From: Camelus dromedarius
Lineage: Eukaryota
Assembly: GCF_036321535.1 (NCBI RefSeq)
Contig: NC_087436.1
Coordinates: forward strand, 40,302,001-40,366,000
Reading direction: 5' to 3'
Length of the DNA: 64,000 bases
The translations under genes and the position numbers were made by a program. Below the pieces are notes generated by a model. It was not told the DNA's origin. It saw only the letters and a list, made by a program, of their open reading frames with translations, and made no database searches. Below are positions 26,223-37,188 of the stretch, one piece after another. Positions within the stretch are counted from its first letter, which is position 1; each line of letters starts with the position of its first letter.

Positions 26223-27077
26223 TGATACCAAGCAGGTATCCTGCCTCTCATTTATAGAAAAGCTGAAGTTTCCCAGTCCTCCTTGAGTCACAGAAGAGCA
26301 GGCTCAAGCAGTTGGTAAGACAAGCCTGCAGGCACTGGGGGATGACAAGGACTCTGACCACCTATCTCAATGATTAACTGAGAGTATGCCTTCCTTTCCC
26401 TTTAAAAATTTCATGGCTGAACAAAATCTTTGGAGATTTTTTGTTTATTTGTTTTTTGGAGGGGGATGCTGGGTCCACCAGATTGCAAGCATTCTGATTA
26501 AAAGCAACTTTCCTTTTTGTTACCAAGGCTGTTGCCCTCAAGATGATACCTCTGCCCCTCCCTCAAATAGAAACCAAATACTCTTATCTAAGTCTCAGGA
26601 GGCAGTTGCAGAGAAGAAACAACTGGTTAGAACCCAAGATGGTGGAGGATTTGATTTCCAGTGAACCTTGAGCCTCATTATACACTCATTGCAGTGTATT
26701 AGCATGCTAAGTGACACGCCCAACCAGCACCATGACAGTGGCAATAACCAGAAGCCCATACAAGAGGACTGAAAAGCTTGAACAAAGACTGATTGGCTCC
26801 ATCACACCCAGAAAGAGGACATAGTGGCAGAAGTCTCCCATAAAAGTACACGTGGCCGAGCCGGCTGGAGCTGTCTCTACCGCCCATCTTGCCTGATGGC
26901 TCCCCGCTCAAGTGCTTCCTTTCCCTACTCGAGCACTTTTCTTACTTTTCCTCTTTTGAGGAATAAAAATAGTTTCACTCTGCCCCTCTGCCTCATTTGT
27001 GAATTCTTTCCAGCTGGCAGGCAAGACCCCACACTTTGGTGGGCTTCCTAATTTAGGGGTCTCACTAGTGGCTAACA
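26223..27077 (+). mobile_element. Composite ERV1 solo LTR: partial LTR A (26223-26517) plus MER41-like LTR B (26518-27077)
   Basis: TGATACCAAG start, TAACA end, perfect TSD ATCA (26219-26222 and 27078-27081). Internal second start TGTTACCAAG. Two poly(A) signals (ATTAAA ~26497, AATAAA ~26962). Confidence 0.8.
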
Positions 27078-27132
27078 ATCATGTGTAAGACTTTAGAGCC
27101 CACCACCCAACCTTCAATATCACGTGTAGAAA

Positions 27133-27771
27133 TGAGACAGGAAGGGGGCAGGGCACAGCCATTCAAGGAATGCTACAGCAATTAACATCAAAATGGTGGA
27201 AGATTCAACCCCCCGTAGGCCTTGAGGCTCAAGATGGTGGGAGATTTGACTTCTAGCAGATCTTGAACTTCATTATACCCTTGTTGTAATATAGTAACAT
27301 GGTGAATAACGCCCACAGGCACCATAGCAGTCCCAAGGCTAGCCACAAAAGGTCAAAGAGTGGGAAATGGCCAACTTCCTGGGAATCCCAGCACGCTCCC
27401 CAGGCTAGTTAGACTGGTCCTTCCACTTATTAGCATATGAAGCCACTGAGCCTATAAAAACTGGCAACACGGTGCCTCGGCCCCTGCCTCTCTCTCTCCC
27501 ACCCCCTGTTTGGAGATGGCCCACACTCTGCCTATGGAATGTGTACCTACTTTTACTCTAATCTGAGCACCCAACCCCAACACCTTGTGGCTTTTCTCTT
27601 GCCTTTCAAAGTATCTCTCTGAATAAATCTATCTCTACTCAACTGTGGCTCGCTCTTGAATTCTTTCCTGCATGAAGGCAAGGACCCACAATTGGCAGGG
27701 CATGTCCCAGGGCTCAGCTGAAGCCTAGGACACAGCCCTCCTCATGTCCCATATCCGTTTTTCCTGCATCG
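27133..27771 (+). mobile_element. MER41-like ERV1 solo LTR, 639 bp
   Basis: TGAGACAGG...CCTGCATCG termini, TSD GAAA (27129-27132 and 27772-27775), TATAAAA ~27453, AATAAA ~27622, TCGCTCTTGAATTCTTTCCTGC U5 block. Confidence 0.85.
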
Positions 27772-28349
27772 GAAACAGTAATTTCAAACTTGGTAAACAT
27801 GCTACTTCTAAAATTTCTTCTTTTAAACTATAATATTGAAGATACTCTTTATGTAACTTTATTTTACTTGAGTAATCTTGGAGTCCCTTCATACATTATT
27901 TTTTGAAAAGTCACATTTTTAATTTAGATTAGACTCAGAAAATACTGTTATACATAAAAACATGCAATTAATTTGCTTATATTTTTAGCTAATAAAGGCA
28001 AACCTTAAAAAAGAATCTGAGTGAAGATACTTCAAAACTAAGTATGGCTATTAATTTTCTGTTTAAAAGCCATTATTACCTGAGTTAATTAACTTCTAAG
28101 TCGTGACATATAGTTTCCTTTTACAAACAAGTTTCCAGAAAAGTCAAGATTCTCCCAATTTACAACGGCAAGTTTGAACTTGTTTTCTAACATAGAACAT
28201 GTTCTTCTGCTAGACTTCCTTTAGTAGCAGTAATAGCTAGAGCTTCCATAAATATTGTGTGCATTTAAACAAGTCTCTGATTTCTCTAGGATTGTAAATA
28301 ATTGATTAGTAGCTCATAAATGTGTTCCTAAAAGCTAACACCGCCTTAC

Positions 28350-28378
28350 TTAACACTGCCCCGTCAGTGATAATGATG
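28350..28378 (-). other. Candidate 29-nt micro-exon
   Basis: Pyrimidine tract ...cttgtcttttcctcctgagtcctatttcAG and donor TAA|GTaagg. Reads IIITDGAVL and ends in a phase compatible with 13692. Confidence 0.25.
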
Positions 28379-29589
28379 CTGAAATAGGACTCAGGAGGAA
28401 AAGACAAGAGGATAGGGATTTACTGCTGTGTGATGTGCATGCAAATAAGCCTATGTGATTTGCATATTTGCTTTATTTCAATACTGTTATGAACCACCTG
28501 TATCTGAAAAAGATAGCAAAAATTATTACATTTGTGACTTGCTTTTTTTTTTGACCTACTATATAGAGATAAATTTTATAAATTTCATGTAGATAAGATC
28601 AATGATAATTTGTTCTCATTTAAAAAGTATCCAAAGATGATTAGATAATGTAGCCACTACTTTGTTAGTATGTTTGTCTATAATGAAATATATTCAATGT
28701 GAAATAATATTTCATAAATAAACCATTTGATTTATCTTATTTGTGAGCAGTTTTGGAATCTTTCCAAAGATTCTAAAGGAATCTCAATGGCAACTAATAA
28801 TCAACAATAACGTATAAATAAGTGAAAACTTGCTATTCTTGTCCACATCTGGAATTTAGATGCAGAGAATAAGCCTTGTGATTGACTAGAAATATCTGAC
28901 CCATCAAAAAACTATATGGCACCATAGCCCAATTAGAGTATGGTTTAACTGCCTTATAAACACACTAGGCTTTGGATAATTCTAATCACCCTTATTTTTT
29001 CATAACCTATCTGAAGCCCCACAGACACTTAATTGAGCAGTTGGGATTCAATTCTAGATGTTTTGGCTCCTGAGTCCATGATCATAATCACTTTATAAAT
29101 CTAAGCAAACCCTAGAGGCAATAGGGTTCAGTCCCCTCTTTTTAAAGTGAATCTCATAAGCTTTGAGCACCATATGGGGAGAGGAGGGTAACAGTGCTTT
29201 CATGAAAATCAGCACATTTGATAATGATGCATCTGGGAAAGGAGGGCTACTCTGCTCTCTGTAGAAAGTCAGTAAAGATATTGTATAGTTTCTCAATTGC
29301 AATCTTTAAAAAGTTTTATGAATATTCATTTTAACACCATTTTTGTATTTATTAGATTGTATTATACCTCGATATAGAATTTTGCATATTTCAAATATGA
29401 TACTCCATTAACCACTTCAATTAAAAAAGTCAAAATTGAAAGCCCCCTCAAAGTAAGAGAAGATATATGTTGAATAAGTATTTCCTGTACTCTAGTACAA
29501 GATTCACTTCAACAAGCAGATTGTTAATGAATTAACAGTATTTCTCCCATAAATTATTACAATTGCTCCTAACAGTTTTTACCATTTTC

Positions 29590-30145
29590 ACCTTTAACCA
29601 AATTTCATGCTTCATTCTCTACAAGTTGCCCCTGTGATTCTTCTGAAAGCTAATCCCACTATATTACACCCATTTTTAAAATTGACATAAAAATATGGCA
29701 TAATTTGACATGCTCACTACTCTCATGACTCCACCTATTTTTCTCTCCTAAGTCAACTTCCTGTAACCCGCTCTTTGATGACAGAGACATGTTCCTTTCT
29801 CAAGGCATCTAAATTTTCTGCTCCTACTACCTGGAATGTTCTTCCCTAAAATCCATGTGTTTCGTTTTCTTTGTTCAGATCTTGGCATTAATGCAATGAG
29901 AACTTCCCTGACTACCTTCCTCCCAAAACTTCTAATGTAGTTTATTATCCTTTATTTTTCTCAATATAACTTATTGTTATCTGAAACATTAAGTACTTCC
30001 TTGTAGGTTTTTTATTGTGTTTGTCTTTCTTCCTCCAACTGGAATATAAACTTCATGAAGAAAGAAATTCTGTGCAGTTCTATTAATGTACCTCTAGTAC
30101 TTAGAACACAGTAATTAGTTAATAAATATTTGTTTGATGTAAATG
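29590..30145 (+). mobile_element. LINE-2 3' region
   Basis: CCTGGAATGTTCTTCCC, ACTGGAATATAAACTTCATGAAG and terminal AATAAATATTTGTTTGATGTAAATG. Confidence 0.75.
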
Positions 30146-30339
30146 TATTCTGAGATAATAAACAATTGAAAAGACATGATAATATGCAAAAGTTTTATCA
30201 ATACTAAGCATATTTTGCATTTACACATATACACATACATATATACATGTAAGTGGATTGACATGATTGAAATATATTGAGAGATTTAGAATGAGTATCT
30301 CTGTTCACCCATATTTCTGTGTATCACTAGCTGTCTATG

Positions 30340-30871
30340 TATCTTATGGTAATACACTAAGAGAGAAATAAGGATATCCCTGACATCAGGAACTAATTCC
30401 TGGTTCATAGCTAGGCTATGTTTTTCTCCAGTCAGATATAAACAATCTTGAAGACTATCAACATCATGCAACATGATAAAGTGAGACAAAAACAGCGTCA
30501 CAGTGAAAACCACAAGATACCAAACGTCCCCATTTTTCAGGTAAAATGAGTGCTACTACCTGTTCATTAATTACAGTTTCATCCAGGCTCTAATTTGCCC
30601 TCCACATAGATAAGATTTATTAAGAAACCCAAGCATAGAATTGTCCCCACTTTCTGAAAGCACCTGATCTAGAGCATATCTCTGCTTCCTTAAACACTCC
30701 CCCAAATTGCCAAGCCAAAATACCAGGCTTATGATGGATTCTTTCTCATACCCTCTTCCTGAGCTCCCCATCTCCCATGGTGATGTTTCTCCCTCACTGC
30801 AAGGAGTCATACACCCAACTTGATCAACCGCTGTTATATTCCTGGTGATTTTCAGCTGAAGGGCTTTGACA
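30340..30871 (+). mobile_element. Old ERV1-type solo LTR
   Basis: Ends TTCCTGGTGATTTTCAGCTGAAGGGCTTTGACA, with a TTCTCCCTCACTGCAA block upstream. The left boundary is uncertain. Confidence 0.7.
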
Positions 30872-33376
30872 AAGCACGTTTTTAAAAAATAAAATATAGA
30901 TAGATAGATAATACATAAAGAAATATAGAAGTGTCTTTCCATCCATTATCCATTTTAAACAAATATGGAGTTCTATGTAACTATCTGTATATCAATTTTT
31001 TGAAAATAATACTTGTTATAATAGCAGCAGCAGGATTTTGTGTGTGTCAGTGTACAGTTATTTACAGTTCGGTATGGACTAAAGGAAACCAAGCCTTTCA
31101 CATTCAAATAGTATGTCTCTTTTTTGACTGCTTGAGTGAGCAAAATAATGACAATTCATGTTACATTTAAAATTTTCTAAACTCATTGACTTAGTCCCAC
31201 TCGAATGCAGTATCTACATAAAAGATAAAGTTCCAGTATCATTCAGGGTAATCTAATACTAATTGAGTATAAATTGTATCAAGATAGAGTGGGTCATTCA
31301 GTTACCACCCTCTAGCAATGTCTGAAGAGATTAAATAATGACTTAAGAAGACAAAAGGATGGACTATGCATTAAGCAAACATTATGGGAAATAGTATGAC
31401 AATTTTATGAAAATTCACTTACCGATAACAATTGAAGTTAGTATTTTGAGTACTCATTACAAAGGAGATGTTACCATCTTCTCTATTGTTTTTAGATAAG
31501 ACACTTTGAACCACAGTGTTACACTGGTATATTTGCACAGAACTTCTGCATGTAACTAGAGCATACTTCTAGAATTATTGACTGACTTCACAAAGTTATT
31601 AGTAAAGCTTTTGGAAAAGACATGCTATTATTACTGGACCTGGTCCAAGCCTACGGAGAATTATTAAAATGAGGCAGGAGAACAAAATCTAGCTTTGATG
31701 ATTCTAACATTTTTATTTCAATCAAATTGTACACCTCATGTCCCTATGATGTGTAAGGCATAGTTTTAAGGCTTATGTTTGTAAGCAATGTCAAAATATC
31801 AAGTTCATTCACTATGAATAATGATAGCATCAGTCAATTCAGTGGAAAAACCATTTTAACTAAACTTTTGAGGAAGAAAAGCAGTGATAATAGGAAAGAA
31901 ATTATCAATTTTTTTCTGACAATATAAATCTATACTTTAATTTTACCATATCATGAAAATGTGAAGGCAGAATAGTAAATAACATAATTATCATTATACA
32001 GAAAAGTTAAGATTTTCTTAAGATCTAAAATGCACTGGATATTTGCCTATGTTATGAACTTTTGAAAATATTAATTACATAATGTAGTAATGACAGGCAA
32101 TGCAGTCTGTATTTTTCAATTTAAAAGTAAAAATTTTTGCTGATGGTTTTAAAGGAAAGTGTTCAAGTTTAAGGTATTAAGGCTTTATTACATGTAATGA
32201 ATTTGTATCAAAAAGCATTTCACCATAATTTTTCCTCTTCTATGGATTTTTTTTCTTCTCTCCTTTACTGTTACTTTTCTGAATGTACATTTTTTAAAGT
32301 ATCTTAATGTCTTGTCAAGTTGTTTTATCTTTTTAATGCAGGGGAAAAGAACAGCTTTCCTTTTTTCTCAAAGGCTAATTATTTTCCTTTGCAAAACACT
32401 ATGATCAATGCAGATGCAAGTAGCTAAATGTGAAAACCTTAGGCAATTAGTGGAAAATAGAATGTATCTGATTGTTTCCTAAGTGAGATACTTCAATTTG
32501 TTTCTGAATTATTCAAATTTGACAGAAAAGTGTGAGATTATAGCATATGCATGCTGATATCAAACATAATTTATAGAAAAATGCTGCTAATTAAGAAAAG
32601 CCAATTTCTGTATCACTTTGTTTCACTCAGATTTGGCATAAAACAATAAAACTAGATAAAAAAGTTATTTAAGCATATTAATAATAATTAAATGAAATAA
32701 TTTGTCAGAATCTTCTTGTTATAGAGATATAAATGTTAGTTAACATTATAGCTCTTAATAAGAGCAGTGTTATATTTGTTGCCATTATCATAGTGAAAAT
32801 GCATTTCTGTTCCTAAGTTGTGTCCTGTGAACACCTGCTGGTTGCCTTTTAAACATTTCCTTCAAGAGACTAATTTTTTTAGAAAATCTCTGTATTTAAT
32901 ATATCTCATTACATAGAATTATATTTTAAGAATAGTAGGAAGATATTAAATCAGTTACTTTGCTTCTTCTGGTTCACTTTTTTAATACTTGAATTATAAC
33001 CTTAAACTAACATATTTTATCTAGAGTTCTATGGTTTTCTTTTTTTTTTTCTTCTTAATGAGGCTCATACTGATGTTTTTAGAGTCATTCTGATTTGTTA
33101 GAACTAGAGAAAATCCATTTAGTAAGCAGGCTTTTTTTGGAAATTACTCCAAGATTTCTAGGCTTCTAAGCATAATTAAAGTTAATGAAGAAAAAAATTA
33201 ATTGCTCTACTTAAAAGTGCTATTTAGGGTCTTACAAAACTTGAACAAGTGGATATATGAGATACTCAATCTCTTAACAATCTCGAATGATAAATATGCA
33301 ATTGCTCTAAATCCACATTCCCTTTTTCTCAGGATGCCAGATGCACACTGAAAACCAAATAGTGTTGGCAGCTCAC

Positions 33377-33496
33377 CTGTGATCTCCACTTTCTTAATCC
33401 TTCTAGCTTTCAGAGATGCTTTCTGTTGACATGTAGGGGTGTTCTCTTTCCACTGTTCAGTGTACACTTGCCTTCAGAGGCAACATATTTTGTTTT
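33377..33496 (-). other. Candidate 120-nt exon, apparently non-coding
   Basis: Acceptor ttattaatttgcAG and strong donor CAG|GTgagc. Stops occur in all three frames (a single TGA in one frame). Confidence 0.3.
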
Positions 33497-33668
33497 CTGC
33501 AAATTAATAAGGGAATTCTGTGTCGTTATCAAGTAAAGAAATATTGAAAAGATCAACAAGACAAATAGGTCACCATAACAAGTTGCAAAACGAAAGAAAC
33601 TTATTTTCATTTATGCTTTTCACATGTTACATACATTTGAATAAGAATTATGATTTTATTAAATTATT

Positions 33669-34196
33669 TGTTCATTGGAGCACAGGGTCCAGGATGGTGA
33701 GCTGTGTGTTGTTTTAATAAAAGACCACAAGAGAAACTGAGAGTGAGAAGTTTATTTTCTGCACAGCCTGGAGGACGCACATGGACTATTTCAAGGGGCC
33801 TCTAGAGGAGGTCAAGGAAGGGTCTGGGCAGAGAGCGACAGGATCTGGGGCCCTTCATTATGGTCCATGGATGGAGTTCTTTGACATTCCCAGGTTAAGG
33901 CAGGATTGGTCAATTCAAACAAAAGAGAGCAAGGTTTTAATAAGCTCCAAGGGGGTCTTATCTTAGGGGCATATGGGAGAAGGCCCTGCAAAGCAAGGAA
34001 TACTTTTGATCACAAAGGCTGTTGGGAAATTTGTATCAGGAAATTAAATTTGCTTGTGACTTTGTAAGCTGGTAGGTAGGGCAGGGGTGCTTGCACGAGG
34101 GACTAGTGTCAGTTTAAGATCCTCGCCTCTGTTTGGCCAAACAAAATCATTGCCAAAGCAACAATCCCATGGAGCAGCTTAGCTAAACTCTCAACA
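33669..34196 (-). mobile_element. ERV-type solo LTR
   Basis: Minus strand starts TGTTGAGAGTTTAGC, AATAAA (plus-strand TTTATT ~33750), GC-rich block in AT-rich flanks. Confidence 0.65.
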
Positions 34197-34247
34197 GTAA
34201 GTAAATATATATATTTACATTTATACATGCATAAGTAAGAATACATT

Positions 34248-34278
34248 TGTGTGTGTGTGTGTGTGTGTATGTGTGTGT
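34248..34278. repeat. (TG)n microsatellite
   Basis: Directly visible. Confidence 0.95.
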
Positions 34279-36574
34279 ATATATCTCAAAAGAATATTAT
34301 AGCCAAACAAGATAAAATGATATCAAAAAAGGAGGACAATAAAGAATAGCAGGTGATTCTTCCTCTGCCTACATTCATTTGTTCCTCTGGGAACTTTCTA
34401 CTTTTTCACCTCCGATAGGGTATAATTTACCAGGTAAAAGCATATTTGCTAACTTTAGCCCATATTTAACAAAAATATTTATGTTGCAACTTTCTCTATA
34501 AAAAAATGTTTGGTAGAGAAGGTGACACATCCTACAAATGATAAACTTTATTTCTATATTGTGCATTTTCAAGCTTCCCAGCAAAATAAAAATATTGCTC
34601 AATGGCATGTTAAATTTGTTCAATATGTTCAGTGGTTTTTGAAAGCTGCAATTAGACTTAAAGATAGACTCTGGAATATTTTATATCTATTCTTCCTAGT
34701 ATAGATTTATTACTTGTTTCTAATTATTTGCAATTGAAAAGCTATTCTTTTTTCTAAAATTTCTCAGGCACTATAGTTTCAGAAGTGGTAGAAGAGCATT
34801 AATTTCAAGAGTTAGAGGAGAGTCAAGTTAGTTAATTAACTTAACTCATTATTAGATGATGATTTTGAGGCATAAATGAAAGTTAAATGACTCTACCACA
34901 ACAACCCCACTGCAAGGTTAAATATAATAATGATAATAATAGATAATATCTATTAAGTGTGCCATTCACTGCTTAAACACTTTAAATATCGCATCTCCCT
35001 CAATGCTCAAAATACTGCTAGAGCAAGTACAATTTTACAGACAAACAGCATAAAGAACCCAGTTACAAAGCAGATTATTTTTCTATTAATCTGGCTCCCA
35101 CACTTCCAATTTTACTACTGTGCATTAGTCTGCATATAAATGATTTGGGTTTTAAAGATCCCAGGTATAACAAACTGCCTTAGATATTTTTAAAACTGAA
35201 AGGACGTGTCTTTCCTTCTGGATTTAGTTTTCATGAAGAAATTATCCATAATCTGGAGTTTCCAGAATTATTATTTTATTGATAGAATACCACATTATGC
35301 CCTTGTACAAAATGTTTTTCATTTACATATACATATTCTATTGAATGTAAAGTTGTATATATTTTTATTCTTTTCATGAACAGATTCCAAATTAATTCTA
35401 CTGCAGAATCCTGGTCTACAGAGAGTTTAGGATATTTGACACTGATCTCTAGCCCAGGTTTCCTCAACTTTTTTAACTAATGATAAGTTTGCCCCATTTC
35501 CCATCCCCAATACATATACATCCCGGAAGAAATGTTCCAGGTATGATTTTCAAATAGGATGCATTCATTGTATGTCACTTTTTAAACACTTATCACTTTT
35601 TTGGTTAAGAACAGTTACCAGCTGGGGGACCTGGGAGGAGCATCTCCTACTTTGTACACTGGGGGTTTCCACCCCCACCATAACTAACACCACCACTGCT
35701 GCCAGTGACAGCCTACTGACTCTTAAGATAAATTAATCTATATGGCGTCATATTTGAAAGGTGACATTCTATCATGAAGACATGCTGCTAGGGATAGGAT
35801 ACAGGAAAAAAAAATCAAGCCAACTGGATTCTTCCCCTAGCTGCACTACTTATTAGTTACATAAATTTACGTACTAGATCTGGCCCATATTAGCTGATAC
35901 GCAGTCACAATTTACAAAATGGCTTAATATACATGAATTTATTTGATTGCTATGTTGTGAGTTAGTCACCATTATTATTAATGTGCCTACATATCTGAAA
36001 CCTAAATGTTAGAGAACTTATATGATTTCACCCAAAGTTTTACCCAGACAAGAGAAGGGAACCCAGGGAGAACTCTAGGACTTTGGACTCCAGAGAGAGT
36101 CCTTTCTTGGCCATACTACACTTTTCTTGATTATGTAGGGTTGGGTATGCTGCTGATAATCAAGTGAAATATTACATCTAGAAGTAGTAGGTAAACTCTG
36201 AAATAATACACAGGATAAAATATCATTTTTTCTAAGAGGTCAATTCCTAAACAAATATTACATTTATTTTTTTACTTTATAAGTGCATTAATTTAAAATA
36301 TATAATTAATATGTATTTCCTATAAAAATAAAAATCAAATCCGTACAGAAGTTTAAAGAAAAACACTTTCCAATCCTTCCTCACTGTTTCACCCCTCAGA
36401 GAATCTACTGTTAGCCTGCAATCACACACAAACATATACACATTAATGTATCTGCTATGTAGTCTTAGTTACTGAAATATCAACAGCTTAAAACTATCTA
36501 TTTAGAAATTACAGACTAATATTTGTGTTAAGGTATCTATTCTGGTAACTAACTGTTATTCAGTAGTCATAGGG

Positions 36575-36937
36575 TGTGATGGTGAATTTTATGTGTCAAC
36601 TTGGAATGTGTCTTTGAATGACATTATCATTTAAATGGTGAACTTAGAGTAAGTAGATTGCTGGTTCATAATGTGGTTGGGCCTCTTCAAATTAGTTGAA
36701 GTTCTAAACAGAGCAGAAGGCTGGTCTCCTAGAGCAAGAAGCAACAAGAAAGAAATCTCAAGCAGATTTCTTTTGGACTTTATCTGCAAATCAGCTCTCC
36801 TGAATCTCCAGCCTGCTGTCCCACACGGCAGAATTTGGATTCACCATCCTCCATAAGGTATGAGCCAATTCATTACAATAAATCTCTCTCTCTCCATCCT
36901 ATTGATTCCATTTTTCTGGAGAACCCTGGCTAATACA
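36575..36937 (+). mobile_element. ERVL LTR (MLT2-like)
   Basis: Starts TGTGATGGTGAATTTTATGTGTCAACTTG and ends TTTCTGGAGAACCCTGGCTAATACA. Confidence 0.9.
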
Positions 36938-37006
36938 GAGATCCTTGTTTTGTAATAACCTGCAACACTTCACAGAGAGTGAACATTTATTTCTGAAATA
37001 ATTTTT

Positions 37007-37188
37007 AATTGAAGTATAGTCAGTTACAATGTGTCGATTTCTGGTGTACAGCATAATGTTTCAGTCATACATATACACACGTCTTCATTTTCACATTCTT
37101 TCTCATTGTAGGTTACTACAAGATATTGAATATAGTTCCCTGTGCTATAAAGAAGAAATTTATTGTTTATCTATTTTATACATAGATT
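37007..37188 (-). mobile_element. 5'-truncated camelid-type LINE-1 tail (~180 bp)
   Basis: Homologous to 40245-40430. Perfect 13-bp TSD TGAAATAATTTTT at 36994-37006 and 37189-37201. Confidence 0.9.

Noticed and set aside
35606..35640. ~30-nt resemblance to the LTR segment TAAGAAC..ACCAGCTGGGG
   Set aside because: The similarity does not extend either way, so it is probably chance.
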